Shown here piece by piece: positions 39,541 to 49,896 of a DNA stretch of 64,000 bases. Source of the DNA: Pelagomonas calceolata (lineage: Eukaryota); assembly GCA_918797485.1 (NCBI GenBank), contig CAKKNE010000006.1:2232001-2296000 (forward strand), given 5' to 3'. A model generated the notes under the pieces. That model was given only the letters and a program-made list of their open reading frames with translations. It was not told the DNA's origin and made no database searches. The position numbers and the translations under genes were made by a program. Within the stretch, counting starts at the first letter, position 1. Each line of letters opens with the position of its first letter.

Positions 39541-40809
39541 ATGCGCCGCATCTTGTTGTGCTGCGCTGCCCTCACGCACGCATTGAGACTGGAGCTCGAC
39601 GTCGACGGGAGACGCCTACACCTCGAGTACGAGGAGAGCAACCTCTGGGAGGCGCGCTTCCGCTACGCCGAGGCGTTCGTGGCGAAGCACGACCTCGCCA
39701 AGTACCAGGGTCTCGGCTGCGAAGAAGTTTTATATGCGAGGCATAAATGCGTCGCGTCGAAGATCGAGGAGGCCATGAAGGCGCATCGGGACCAGGTCCG
39801 GGCGATCATGCGCCAGTGGGTCTCTACTGTTAAGGAGACCGTCTCACTAAATGCTGATGGGGAGGAGGACACTACCTGGCTCCAGTTTTTACAGAGGCGC
39901 ATGTTCCGGGGCTGTGCGCTAGATTCGATCGCCGACCCTCCTTCAAATATCCTGTCGAAATTCATTGCATTAGAAGTAGGATGCGGCTCGGGAAAACTGA
40001 TGAAGCGCCTCGCTACCAGGGTACGACGGTTGGACGGCGCGGACACGTCGAAGGCTGCATTATCCAAAGCCCACGAGAGATTAAGTGGAGAGTACACGTT
40101 ATTCCATGCCGACGGTTTATCATTGGACGCCGTGCCCAACGCCACCTATGATATTGTTTATTCTGCGAACTTGCTGCAACGCATACCGATTCACGCTTTA
40201 CGGTACAAGCACCTCGAGGAGTTCTTCCGCGTTTTGAAGTGCGACGGCCACGTATCGCTACAAATGGGCTTCGGTGAAGGCGGTGCCGACTATCATGACG
40301 ACCACCTGACGACTTCCACTGAGGTCTCGGTCACGAACGCGACGCACCTCTTGCAAGACCTCTACAAGGTCGGGTTCAGGGACCACACCCACGAGATTAT
40401 TGAGCAGAGCCCCCCTGGTTCATTATTCAGTCAGTCGCTGATGGTCGTCGCCAGGAAACAGTGTCCCAGGCTCGGGATCACAGTTATTATCGACGGCGTC
40501 GAACAACCAAAGATCGAGGCGGGCGGCTCGAGGCAATACGTGGATCCCGTCGTGCACGACGTCGCGCCTTCTCCGGAAGGTATCAGGCGGCGGAAGCGCG
40601 CCGCGGAGAATTGTGGTGGGGAGGTCGAAATTGATGAAGACGAGGTCGACGCGGAGATCGCCGACTTACAGAGACAGCTCGCCGAGGCGAAGCGGAAGAA
40701 GAAGCGGAAGAAAGGTGCTCCGACGAAAAGACAACCTTTGCATCCGCAGTTCGTCGAGGACAACCTCGTGGGTCTGGACGGGAAGACTTGTCCTTCCTGC
40801 GTAAACTAG
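39541..40809 (+). CDS. Class I SAM-dependent methyltransferase with signal peptide
   Basis: ALEVGCGSG, GADTS, YDIVYS, EFFRVLK. Confidence 0.8.
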   Translation: MRRILLCCAALTHALRLELDVDGRRLHLEYEESNLWEARFRYAEAFVAKHDLAKYQGLGCEEVLYARHKCVASKIEEAMKAHRDQVRAIMRQWVSTVKETVSLNADGEEDTTWLQFLQRRMFRGCALDSIADPPSNILSKFIALEVGCGSGKLMKRLATRVRRLDGADTSKAALSKAHERLSGEYTLFHADGLSLDAVPNATYDIVYSANLLQRIPIHALRYKHLEEFFRVLKCDGHVSLQMGFGEGGADYHDDHLTTSTEVSVTNATHLLQDLYKVGFRDHTHEIIEQSPPGSLFSQSLMVVARKQCPRLGITVIIDGVEQPKIEAGGSRQYVDPVVHDVAPSPEGIRRRKRAAENCGGEVEIDEDEVDAEIADLQRQLAEAKRKKKRKKGAPTKRQPLHPQFVEDNLVGLDGKTCPSCVN

Positions 40810-41709
40810 TTATGTGTTATCAAAGCTCGCGTCCACTACAACGACTTTCACGAGGGGCTGGCCCGCCTTGCCCCCCAATGCTGCTCGTGACGAGACGACG
40901 GGCAGCGACCCAAGCCGCGCAAGCAGCTTCATGGACGCGTCGTCGAGTAGTGCACCGACCGCATACCTGCCCTTGCCGTCGGAGGGCGCGAACGACAGCG
41001 CGAAATCCAGGTCCGGGCCCGGGCCGCTCTTCGCTACAGACAAAGCGCCGGCGGGCAGCGGCATTGATGGCGCCTCCGATTTGATCTTTTGCGGCGTCGC
41101 CGCCCGGAAGTCCGCTGGTGTTTTTCTAGAACCGGTCCGCCGGCGGTAGGCCAGTTCCTGGGACGACGCGGACTGCGCGAGAAAGACGAAGGGTTTTTCT
41201 ACTTTCCAGGTCGTGCCGTCCAAGCCCGCTGGTGTTGTTTCCGGAGTATCTTTGTAGGCGCCCTGAGCTAACAAAGCGAAGGTCTCCGCGGCGACGGGAG
41301 TTTCAGAATAGAGTCCTACTCTGAGCAGCCCCTCGTCGTTGCCGGCTATACTAATACGCAGCGTCGCGACGCCGCCGAACCGGCCCGCTGGTTGGGGCAC
41401 GGGCTGCGCCGTGGCGAATTCGCCCGTGCCTCCATCCGTAACGCAATTTGGGTCGGCAGCATCACATCTAGAAGCGCCGCCCCAGCTGATACCTAATGCG
41501 GCATCAAGATCCAGCTCCTTGTTGGGCGTGCCGACGGCGCGCATGCCTCTTCCTATTTTCGTCGTCGCTGGCGCGGCGTCGGCTGCTGTCGAAATCAACG
41601 GTGCGACGGCTGCTGCGCCGCCGGCGAGCCATGTGCGGCGGGTGGGTCGCAGGGCGGCTGCAAGGCTGCCCAAAAGCAATGCTGCTGTATGCGGGCTGAG
41701 ACGCGCCAT
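40810..41709 (-). CDS. Divergent cyclophilin-like plastid protein
   Basis: LRISIAG..GLLRVGLYSETPVAAETF, GALSV, YAVGAL, QPLVKVVV; RR lumen-type leader. Confidence 0.6.
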   Translation of the reverse strand: MARLSPHTAALLLGSLAAALRPTRRTWLAGGAAAVAPLISTAADAAPATTKIGRGMRAVGTPNKELDLDAALGISWGGASRCDAADPNCVTDGGTGEFATAQPVPQPAGRFGGVATLRISIAGNDEGLLRVGLYSETPVAAETFALLAQGAYKDTPETTPAGLDGTTWKVEKPFVFLAQSASSQELAYRRRTGSRKTPADFRAATPQKIKSEAPSMPLPAGALSVAKSGPGPDLDFALSFAPSDGKGRYAVGALLDDASMKLLARLGSLPVVSSRAALGGKAGQPLVKVVVVDASFDNT

Positions 41710-41826
41710 TGCTGGAGCCGGCTTGTGTAGGAGAAGGGCGAGGCTACAGTAATACGCGACTGAAGCGCCAAGCTCCAGAAAGACCGGTGCGCCCAGTTTT
41801 CGCGTAGATCGCGCCGAGGGCTCATT

Positions 41827-41852
41827 GCTAGTGTGTCTTACATGCCGCTAGC
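41827..41852. promoter_or_regulatory. CTAG-pair upstream element
   Basis: GCTAGTGTGTCTTACATGCCGCTAGC between divergent genes. Confidence 0.65.
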
Positions 41853-41965
41853 TAACTCAGCCACAGGAGTTACGCGCCGCATTGCCCGCGGGACGCGCGT
41901 GCGAGCGGCCCCAGCTCTCTAGACGCACCTCAGATATCGGCACACCCGAACGCGGGAGCGCTAAG

Positions 41966-42874
41966 ATGCTCAAAACGCCCCGCCGCCGCGGAACTGAAGA
42001 CGATGAAGAACAGCACCGGCAAGCGAAGCGCGCCGCGCCGGACGCCGTCTGGGCCACAGAATTACCGACCGACCTCTGGAAGCGGTGCCTGGACTTCGCC
42101 TACGGCCCGGCGACGGCCTGCGTCGACCCGCTGGCGCCGCTCAAGGCCGCCGCGACGCTCGCGATGGTGTCGCGCGGCACGCAGCGCGCGATGGCGGACC
42201 CGGGGCTCTGGAAGGACCTCGCGCGGGGCTCGGAGCGCTGCGGCTGCGACAAGATCGTCCTGGCGGCCGACGTCGGAGGCTTTTCGGCGCAGAACGGGCG
42301 GCCGTGGCGCGTCCTCGGCCGCGCGCTGCGCGACTTTTTGAAGAAGTGCACCCACTGCCGCGCCGTCGAGGCGCCGATCCGCGTGCCGTTCGGCGTGCGC
42401 CTCTGCAACGCCTGCGCGACGATCCGGCCCGGCGGCGCGTTGATCAGAGAGGGCCGCGCGCGCGACGACTACCACCTCGCCGCCGCGGATCTTGTGAAGC
42501 TGCCGTTCCTCGACACGCCGAGGAGATCAGCGCCCCCGCCCGTGCCGGACTTCACGGAAGCGCCACCAGTGACCCAGTCGCCGGCCCTCGTCTTCTCGCC
42601 GCGGAGCGGCGAGGTCGCGCTCGACGTCGCGCCGCCGGTCGAGGAGCGCGTCTTCGGCGGCGCGCCGTTCCTGTCGCCGCCGCCCTATACAAGGGCGCCG
42701 CCGGCGGAGCGCGTCTTCGCGCGGCGGCACCTCGTCTTCGCGCAGCAGCGGCGCTTCGGCACGGCCGCGGCCGTGGACGTCCTGGACCGCGATGCGGACG
42801 CGGCGCGGACGGCCGTCGACGCGGCGCGGCGCGCGGCGGCGACGGAGGAGCTCCTCCAGGCGTACAGCCTCTAG
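41966..42874 (+). CDS. F-box-like protein with CxxC motifs
   Basis: LPTDLWKRCLDF...LAMVSR...LWKDL; CTHC...CNAC. Confidence 0.55.
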   Translation: MLKTPRRRGTEDDEEQHRQAKRAAPDAVWATELPTDLWKRCLDFAYGPATACVDPLAPLKAAATLAMVSRGTQRAMADPGLWKDLARGSERCGCDKIVLAADVGGFSAQNGRPWRVLGRALRDFLKKCTHCRAVEAPIRVPFGVRLCNACATIRPGGALIREGRARDDYHLAAADLVKLPFLDTPRRSAPPPVPDFTEAPPVTQSPALVFSPRSGEVALDVAPPVEERVFGGAPFLSPPPYTRAPPAERVFARRHLVFAQQRRFGTAAAVDVLDRDADAARTAVDAARRAAATEELLQAYSL

Positions 42875-42926
42875 GTTGTGCGACTAAGAAGATATCGCAA
42901 CAACGTACTTACCGGCCCCGATCAAC

Positions 42927-43163
42927 CTAGTCGCCCCCGCCGCCGTCGTCGGCCGCCGGCGCCGCGGCGGCCTCGCCCTCGAGCACCTCCGGGTAGTGCT
43001 TCGCGAGGTACTCGTACATGAATTTGACGGGCGACTCGGGCATCGTCGCGATGAGCTCCGCCGTCATGTCTCTATATAATTTCTCGACGCCGTGGGCGGC
43101 GAGGTACTCCTCCCACTTTTTTTGTTGCTGGGCGACGTGGGCGCTGACGCTGTCCTCGGCCAT
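42927..43163 (-). CDS. Small RIIa/Dpy-30-like dimerization/docking domain protein
   Basis: EYLAAHGVEKLYRDMTAELIATMPESPVKFMYEYL. Confidence 0.75.
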   Translation of the reverse strand: MAEDSVSAHVAQQQKKWEEYLAAHGVEKLYRDMTAELIATMPESPVKFMYEYLAKHYPEVLEGEAAAAPAADDGGGGD

Positions 43164-43469
43164 CGTCGTCTCCCGGTGGTCGTGCGCGTGAGTGGTCGCG
43201 GCCGGGGGTGGCTCCTCGGGGAGGTTGCTCACTGGGCTGCTCGTTCGTCGGCGCCGGGCGGTCTTCTCCGCGGCGGGTGGGCGACGAGGGACGACGGAGC
43301 CTTTGTGGAGTGACCCTACGTGTCGATAGTCGGGGGTGCGTGAGTTGGGCAGCCCTGCGCTAGATGGATGAGCGGCGCTGCGTGTTGCTAGATAGACTTA
43401 CTAGAATTCCGCAGGAGTTCCGCGTGTGCAGCTTGTAGCGCTATTCCAAGCGCTTCGGGCAGCCCAAAG

Positions 43470-43902
43470 ATGCGCTTCTTACTACTCTTGATCGGTCTTG
43501 CCGCCGCCGCCGAGGTGGGTCCCGGCGCCGACTCACCCCAGCCTTCGCATCCCGAGAGAGCGCCACGCGCAACGCCATCGAGCAGACGCAGTAGAGCGAC
43601 GCCGCCGCGCGCAGGTCATCCGCGACAAGAAGGAGGCCGAACAGGTCGCCAAGAAGCTGTTCAAGGACCGCCCCGGCCCTCCAAAAAAGGTCAAGGACGC
43701 GCGGAAGGCCGTCAAAAAAGAAGAATCGATCAAGCTGACGCGCGGCGGCGGCGCGCCACCCATCCCGAAGCCGCCGTCGGGCGAACCGCCGTCGGAGGAG
43801 GAAGCTAGGCGCCGCGCGCGGCGGCTGATGCGGCGCATGTCGCGGAAGCGCAAGGGCAAGAAGCACCGCAAGTCGAAAGCTTTCAAGAAGGGTATGCTAT
43901 AA
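43470..43902 (+). CDS. Small basic protein with signal peptide; intron 43515..43614
   Basis: MRFLLLLIGLAAAAE|GTGGGT...CGCAG|VIRDKKEAE; removing the 100-nt intron joins two ORFs in frame. Confidence 0.55.
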
Positions 43903-43925
43903 TGTGCCTTTCCATGTACTAGTCT

Positions 43926-45092
43926 CTAGTTACTCCCGCCGCGCCGGAAGAACGGCAGCGATATCTCCGCGTCGAGCATCCGCGCGACGAGACCTGGGGC
44001 CTCGGGCCGGTCGTCGTCGTCGTCCCAGCCCTCGCCGGCCGGCGCGGCGGGTGCCGGCGCGGGCGTGGGCGGCGGATCCTCGACGGCGCCGTCGTCGCCC
44101 CAGCCGTCGCCCGCAGCTGGTTCGGGCTCTTCTGACGGCGGCGGCGGCGCTTCGGGCGTCGCGGGCGCCGGCGGCGGCGCGGCCGGCTTTTTCTGCGCGG
44201 CCTGGATCGCGAGGCGCGCCTTTCTCTTCGCCTCGGCGGCCTTGGCGTGCGCGAGGCGCGCCGCGACCTTGACCGCCGACGTCATCGCGTCCTGCGCTTC
44301 TTTTTGAGCCGCCGCCGATGTACGAGAAGCGGCGATCGCGGCGTCGGCGGCGACCAAAGCAGCCCGGTCCGCCGCGGCCGCGCCGGCGTCCTTCCCTTGG
44401 GGCTTCTTCGCCCCTCTCAACACCTTGTTCGACCGCCGCTTATACCTCTCGAAGTCCGCCCGCAGCCGCGCGTTCGCGTCGCGCTCGTTGTCCAGAGCGT
44501 CGAGCGCGGCCCGTAATCTCGCGTCGTCGCCGCCTTTTTGTGGTACTACGGGTGCCGCGGCGACTGGCGTACGCGCCTGTCGTAAAGCGTCGTCGCGCTG
44601 CGTCTGCGCGTGGCGTAACTGAGCCTTCACATCGTCGAGGGCCGTCGCCTTGGCCTCTTCGAGAGAAGCCAATTTCAATTCCGCGGCCTTGCACTCCTCG
44701 TCGCGCTTCTTCGCGAAGTCCTGGACGGCTTTCAGTTTCTCTTTGACGGCGGCGATCTTCTTTTTTGCTTCTATTTTAACATCTTCTACCGCTTTTTTGA
44801 CCGCATTGTCTTTCTCGGTCTTTGCATCTCTCTGTAATTGTGAGAGTGCCCCCTTGGCGCCGTCCTTCACACTATCGATCGATTGACTTAGTTGGCGTTC
44901 CGCCTTTGCTCTTGCTTCCTCGGCCGCGTCGCGGGCGTCGAGGGCCGCGTCGCGCTCCCGCTCCAGCGCTTTTATCAGTTCATTGTCATCTTTGGTGTTG
45001 TTGCTGGGGGCGCTCGCGGCCAGCGCGTCTCGCAAGACTTCGAGTTCTTCCTCGGCGGCGGCGGCGCGCGCTTCGGCGGCGGCCAGGGCCAT
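43926..45092 (-). CDS. Coiled-coil protein
   Basis: Long heptad-rich ORF, 388 aa. Confidence 0.65.
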   Translation of the reverse strand: MALAAAEARAAAAEEELEVLRDALAASAPSNNTKDDNELIKALERERDAALDARDAAEEARAKAERQLSQSIDSVKDGAKGALSQLQRDAKTEKDNAVKKAVEDVKIEAKKKIAAVKEKLKAVQDFAKKRDEECKAAELKLASLEEAKATALDDVKAQLRHAQTQRDDALRQARTPVAAAPVVPQKGGDDARLRAALDALDNERDANARLRADFERYKRRSNKVLRGAKKPQGKDAGAAAADRAALVAADAAIAASRTSAAAQKEAQDAMTSAVKVAARLAHAKAAEAKRKARLAIQAAQKKPAAPPPAPATPEAPPPPSEEPEPAAGDGWGDDGAVEDPPPTPAPAPAAPAGEGWDDDDDRPEAPGLVARMLDAEISLPFFRRGGSN

Positions 45093-45306
45093 GTCTTGGT
45101 GTGACTGCTGCGCGTCGGCGGCGCGTGGCGTCTGTGTTTGGCTGGCTCAGCTGTTTAGGGCAGCAGCTTTTTTTTGCCTCGGCGGCGGTTGCGCGCAAGG
45201 TCTCGTTATAGCTCGACGGTGAACGGCTCCAGGAGGCCTCGCCTCTCGCGCAGGCGTGCGAACAGTGCGCGTGCCGCGAGCAATCGAGCCCGCGACCTTA
45301 AGCGGA

Positions 45307-45330
45307 GCTAGCGTATGTAAAGCCACTAGC
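45307..45330. promoter_or_regulatory. CTAG-pair upstream element
   Basis: GCTAGCGTATGTAAAGCCACTAGC between divergent genes. Confidence 0.55.
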
Positions 45331-45548
45331 AAGTGGTCGACGACGCGGCCTTTGCGAGGGCATAGCGCTTGGCCACGGCGTACTACGAGACGCTGTGACT
45401 CGCGCATCGCTGCGCACTTACCCTCGCGCCGCGATATCTCATCCCTCGACGCCGCCGCAGCGCGCCGCTGCAGCAAGCCTCGACTCCACACCACACCGCA
45501 CCGCCGCGCGCCGCGCCGCACCGATCACGCGACGCCCGCAAGACAACC

Positions 45549-46493
45549 ATGTCCAAAAAAGGCGCCGGCTACCGCTTAAGGAAGGAACTCCTAGCGATCA
45601 ACAAGGACCGCCCCGAGTTCATCTGGGCGACTCATAAAGAAACAAACATACTACTATGGTCCTTTCTCGTAGCCCCCCCGGACGACACGGTCTACGGCGG
45701 CGGCTACTACTGGGGCCGAGTGACCTTCCCCCAGGACTACCCCTTCGCGCCGCCCGGGATTCAATTTGTCACACCGTCCGGACGGTTCCGACCGGAGACG
45801 AAGATCTGCATGTCCATGTCGGATTACCATCCCGAGAGCTGGAACCCCGCATGGTCGGTGTCGACCATATTGAAGGGTGTCCTGTCGTTCATGCTGAGCG
45901 ACGAGATCACTACTGGTGCCGTCGAGTGTTCGGATAGTGAAAGGAGGAGGCTCGCAAGTGCATCTGTAGCCTGGAACTGTAGTCAACCGGAGTTTAATGC
46001 TCTATTTCCGGACTTCGCGGAGCTGCGGGAGGAAGAGTTGTTGCGGAGAGCGCGTCCGAAAAATGCGGGGCTCATCGCGAGGGGTGCGCTGGACGAAGCC
46101 GGGCTGCCCGGCGCCGCGGCCGCGAAAGCCACTGGTGATGCGTTCTTCCGCGCCAAAGCCTACGACAAGGCCATCGGTGCCTACACGCTCGCTCTAGAGG
46201 CGGCGCCGGGCTGCGCGGCCGTGTTAAGGAACCGCGCGGCGGCGCACGAGAAGCTCTCGGACTGGATTAATGTAGAAGCCGACGCGGCCGCGTCCCTGAA
46301 AGCGGACGCGGCGGCCGGCGAGCCGGTGTCCGCCAAGGCATTATTGCGGCGCGCGGCGGCGCTGGTGCAGCTTTCGCGGCCTGAGGACGCCATCACAGCG
46401 TATACGGATGCTCTGGCGCTGAAGCCGCCGAACGCCGATGCGATCAAGAAGGCGCTCGCGGCGCTCGAGAAGCCGCCGCCGCCTCCGAGCTAA
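45549..46493 (+). CDS. Ubc6/UBE2J-type E2 enzyme fused to TPR repeats
   Basis: YPFAPPGI..TPSGRF..TKICMSMSDYHPESWNPAWSVSTIL; TPR KATGDAFFRAKAYDKAIGAYTLAL...NRAAA. Confidence 0.88.
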   Translation: MSKKGAGYRLRKELLAINKDRPEFIWATHKETNILLWSFLVAPPDDTVYGGGYYWGRVTFPQDYPFAPPGIQFVTPSGRFRPETKICMSMSDYHPESWNPAWSVSTILKGVLSFMLSDEITTGAVECSDSERRRLASASVAWNCSQPEFNALFPDFAELREEELLRRARPKNAGLIARGALDEAGLPGAAAAKATGDAFFRAKAYDKAIGAYTLALEAAPGCAAVLRNRAAAHEKLSDWINVEADAAASLKADAAAGEPVSAKALLRRAAALVQLSRPEDAITAYTDALALKPPNADAIKKALAALEKPPPPPS

Positions 46494-46523
46494 GGCGCTC
46501 GCGGCGCTAAAGTAAGTATGTTG

Positions 46524-47732
46524 TTACGCAAGCGACAGCAGCTCCGCGCCGCCCTCCGTCGTCATGACCTCTGACTCATCATCATCAAAAGCCATGACCT
46601 CCGGCTCCGCCAGCGAAGCGAGACTGCGAGACGCCGTCTCCTCGTCCAGCGCCTGGCCCGGCGACTGGGGCTGGAAGGACGCCGATTCGTCGTCGAAGGC
46701 CATCACCTCGGGCTCCGACGAATCTTCCTGAGTAGCACGGGCGAGGCCGTGCCGCGCGAGCGTGAGGAAGTAATCTCGTAACGCCGCGCAGTCGACGGCG
46801 TCCTCGGCGACGGACGACGGAAAGGCGAGTGACAAAGCCACTGCTTCGTGGTCGTCGATATGGACCCTAAATAAATCGAACAATAGCCGAGCCGCCTCGT
46901 CGCACGGCATGGGCGCGCCTAGCACATCTAGTCCTTTGGCGCCCTCGCCCACTCGATCATAATCTAGAGCAGCAGCCAATAACTTGAGGAAGGCACTTCG
47001 TAAGACTCGCGCACGTCGATCTAAGGACGCCTCCCCGGAAGGCGTCATCGTCGTCGGCGGTCGCTGGCCCGCAGCCCCCCAGAAGCGTCTTTTCCCGCCG
47101 AAGAACTTTTCTTCACGCATTTTCAGCCGCGTTTTCTGGCGAGCTTTCCACTCGTAAAAAGCTCGCGTTCCTTTCTCCGGCACCTTTGCAGTGTCGGGGG
47201 ACCACTTCTTGTCCGGGGACATGCGCTTGACCCGTCGGGAAGGCTCTTTGAGTAGCGAGCTGGACATGCCCCTCGTCTTGATGCCGATGTTCCTTCGACA
47301 CTGTTCGATGGCGCCCAATTCAGAGTAAAAAACGGCAAAATCCCGCGAGTCGACGCGCCCGTCCGGCGCCAGGGCCAAGACAATGCTGCCGAGCTCCTTT
47401 GGTGTTAAACTCTTGGGCAGGACGCCTTTCAACAGATACCTCAGATCCTTCGGGGATAACAATCTTTTAGCTGCCCGCCAGACGGGTGGCAACGGATTGC
47501 GAGCGGCCGCGTCCGTGAGCTTGGCTACTGCTCTTCTTCGGTCGCGCTCGGTGTGATCGTAATCGCAGCCCGTGAGTGAGAACTCGAGGTCATCAAGTCT
47601 ATTCAGTATGATCGTCGAGGCCGCGGACCGTGACGTCGTGACCGTCGGCTGGGCGAGGTCGTAGTAGGCGTCGTCCTCTTCTTCGTCTGAGGAGGACATG
47701 GCGTGACGGCGTCGGGCAGCCTCCGGGTCCAA
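46524..47732 (-). CDS. Hypothetical protein with degenerate EF-hand-like segments
   Basis: 402-aa ORF; LTPKELGSIV...DGRVDSRDF. Confidence 0.55.
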   Translation of the reverse strand: MDPEAARRRHAMSSSDEEEDDAYYDLAQPTVTTSRSAASTIILNRLDDLEFSLTGCDYDHTERDRRRAVAKLTDAAARNPLPPVWRAAKRLLSPKDLRYLLKGVLPKSLTPKELGSIVLALAPDGRVDSRDFAVFYSELGAIEQCRRNIGIKTRGMSSSLLKEPSRRVKRMSPDKKWSPDTAKVPEKGTRAFYEWKARQKTRLKMREEKFFGGKRRFWGAAGQRPPTTMTPSGEASLDRRARVLRSAFLKLLAAALDYDRVGEGAKGLDVLGAPMPCDEAARLLFDLFRVHIDDHEAVALSLAFPSSVAEDAVDCAALRDYFLTLARHGLARATQEDSSEPEVMAFDDESASFQPQSPGQALDEETASRSLASLAEPEVMAFDDDESEVMTTEGGAELLSLA

Positions 47733-48078
47733 TGGGGCTGGCTAACTTGGTGGTGCCGGCGGGTGCTCACGCGTGCCGCGGCGACGAGTCCGATGGAGGG
47801 AGTTGCTGGCGACCGCTGCGCGTTGGACGCAGCCCCTGCGTCCACGCGGGCCGTATTACTCTGGCCGCTATACAGAGAGCAAAATCGGCCTGGGAGCCGA
47901 GAGCCGTTGTCGAGCCAGGGAGCGCGCCAGGCGTCTGGGTACCATTGATATGGCTCGTCGACGACTGCGTGGCGCGGCTTAAAAACGCGCGGGTTGAAAT
48001 GGTGATGCATCCTTGATCATTGATTTACGGCGCTGGTACTCCGTCAATTCAAGCCAAGACATCAAGGGCAGCGGTGCC

Positions 48079-49251
48079 ATGAAGTCTATCATCGTCGCCC
48101 TCGCGCTCAGCAGCGCCACGGCCCTGGTCGCGCCGTCAGCGCCGCGTATGCCCACTGCTTTACAAGCTGCGACCAAGGACCCGGCCACGACCTCCTACCA
48201 GCCGACGGAGGGCGCCAACGCCGCCGTGGACACGAATAATAAGGGAGACGCCTGGGTGAGCCAGATGCAGCGGCCGCGGAGGAACCGCAAGTCCGCCGGC
48301 GTCCGGTCGATGGTGCGCGAAAACTTTTTGACACCGGCCAACCTCATGCAGCCCATTTTTATTCATGAAGATTCGGACCAAGTGGTTCCTATTCCCTCGA
48401 TGCCTGGACAGAGCAGACACACGCTCGACTCCATGGTCGAGCAGGTGAAAAAGGGCATGGCGTTAGGTGTCAAGTCCTTCATCTTGTTCCCGAAAGTACC
48501 TGATGACTTAAAGACGAATTTTGCTGATGAGTGCTACAATCCCGACGGGATTGTTCCTAGAGCGGTCGCCATGTGCAAGGCCGCGTGCCCGGAGGCGACG
48601 ATCTGCACTGATATTGCTTTAGACCCTTATTCGGACCAAGGGCACGACGGCATTGTACTGGATGGCAAGATCGTCAACGACATGACCATCGAGCAGCTCT
48701 GCAAGCAGGCCGTCTGCCACGCGCGCGCGGGCGCGGACTTCGTCGGACCGTCGGACATGATGGACGGGCGCGTGGGCGCTTTACGTATGGCGTTGGATGC
48801 GGAGGGCCACACGGACGTCGGCATCATCTCCTACTCCGCGAAGTACGCGTCGGCCTTCTACGGCCCCTTCCGAGATGCGTTGGATTCGCACCCGGGTTTC
48901 GGAGATAAAAAAACCTACCAGCAGGACCCGGCGAATGGCAGGGAAGCGATCATCGAGGCGACCTTGGATGCGGCGGAAGGTGCCGATATGTTGATGGTGA
49001 AACCGGGCGTGCCTTACTTAGATGTGATTCGCAGAATCAGAGACGTCGTGGACCTGCCGATCGCGGCCTACCACGTGTCGGGCGAGTACGCGATGATCAA
49101 GGCCGGCGCGGAAAAGGGCTGGGTCGACGAGAAGGCGATCGTCCTCGAGACGCTCATGTGCTTCCGGCGCGCGGGCGCGGACGTCATCCTGACGTACTAC
49201 GCGACGGACGCGGCGCAGTGGATGAACGACGAGGGCAACGTGTGCCTCTAA
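48079..49251 (+). CDS. hemB: Delta-aminolevulinic acid dehydratase (porphobilinogen synthase), plastid, Mg-type
   Basis: RPRRNRKS, DIALDPYSDQGHDG, PSDMMDGR, YSAKYASAFYGPFRDA, MVKPG, AYHVSGEYAM. Confidence 0.97.
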   Translation: MKSIIVALALSSATALVAPSAPRMPTALQAATKDPATTSYQPTEGANAAVDTNNKGDAWVSQMQRPRRNRKSAGVRSMVRENFLTPANLMQPIFIHEDSDQVVPIPSMPGQSRHTLDSMVEQVKKGMALGVKSFILFPKVPDDLKTNFADECYNPDGIVPRAVAMCKAACPEATICTDIALDPYSDQGHDGIVLDGKIVNDMTIEQLCKQAVCHARAGADFVGPSDMMDGRVGALRMALDAEGHTDVGIISYSAKYASAFYGPFRDALDSHPGFGDKKTYQQDPANGREAIIEATLDAAEGADMLMVKPGVPYLDVIRRIRDVVDLPIAAYHVSGEYAMIKAGAEKGWVDEKAIVLETLMCFRRAGADVILTYYATDAAQWMNDEGNVCL

Positions 49252-49317
49252 TCGCGTAAGTTTCACAAGACATCTTAGATACTACGTTCTTCTTCGACCC
49301 GTGATTGCCGCGGTCGT

Positions 49318-49395
49318 CGCGTCGATGGCGTCACCCTACGCCGTCGCCGCGACGCGTCGTTGGGTTCGCGATACCACCAGGGCGCCATCGACGCG
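49318..49395. repeat. 13-bp inverted repeat between convergent genes
   Basis: CGCGTCGATGGCG (49318-49330) ... CGCCATCGACGCG (49383-49395). Confidence 0.65.
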
Positions 49396-49398
49396 CCG

Positions 49399-49896
49399 TC
49401 ATGGAGAAGAAGCGTCCGCCGCGGTGAACCCCATGCCGTTCTTGTCACTATACCTCTTCATGAAGCGCATGAACCGGTTCCATTCATCGGGGTTTGTGAG
49501 TAAGACCACGGCCGAGATGCCCGACGGGTTGCCTCTGACGAATTTGGCGCGCACGTCTTCTGTCGTCATACACCCCTCGGCGTCGCACAATCTCATGCCC
49601 GCTATTAATGAGTCCGGCGTGATCTCCCTATACAGCGCGTCAGCTCTCGGAAACCAGAACGTCGCCGTACCCGTAAAAAACTTGCCGTCTCTTTGGGAAG
49701 TGGCGCTGCGCGTCATCGAGACTTCCGGGATGACCGTCTCATCCACACCGGGCACGAACTGTATGACCGGATCGGACGACGGGCTGTCCTCTCGTATAAT
49801 CGGCTTGAGGTCGCGCGCGCGCTTGATGTCGCTGAAGGCCGTTGTTTTTGCGAGTAATGCGATTAGCGTCCAGCGTCGTCGTCGTCCGGGAGGCAT
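49399..49896 (-). CDS. psb28: Photosystem II assembly factor Psb28, nucleus-encoded
   Basis: IQFVPGVDETVIPEVSMTRS, GTATFWF, KFVRGNP, EWNRFMRFMKRYS; leader ...LLAKTTAF. Confidence 0.9.
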   Translation of the reverse strand: MPPGRRRRWTLIALLAKTTAFSDIKRARDLKPIIREDSPSSDPVIQFVPGVDETVIPEVSMTRSATSQRDGKFFTGTATFWFPRADALYREITPDSLIAGMRLCDAEGCMTTEDVRAKFVRGNPSGISAVVLLTNPDEWNRFMRFMKRYSDKNGMGFTAADASSP

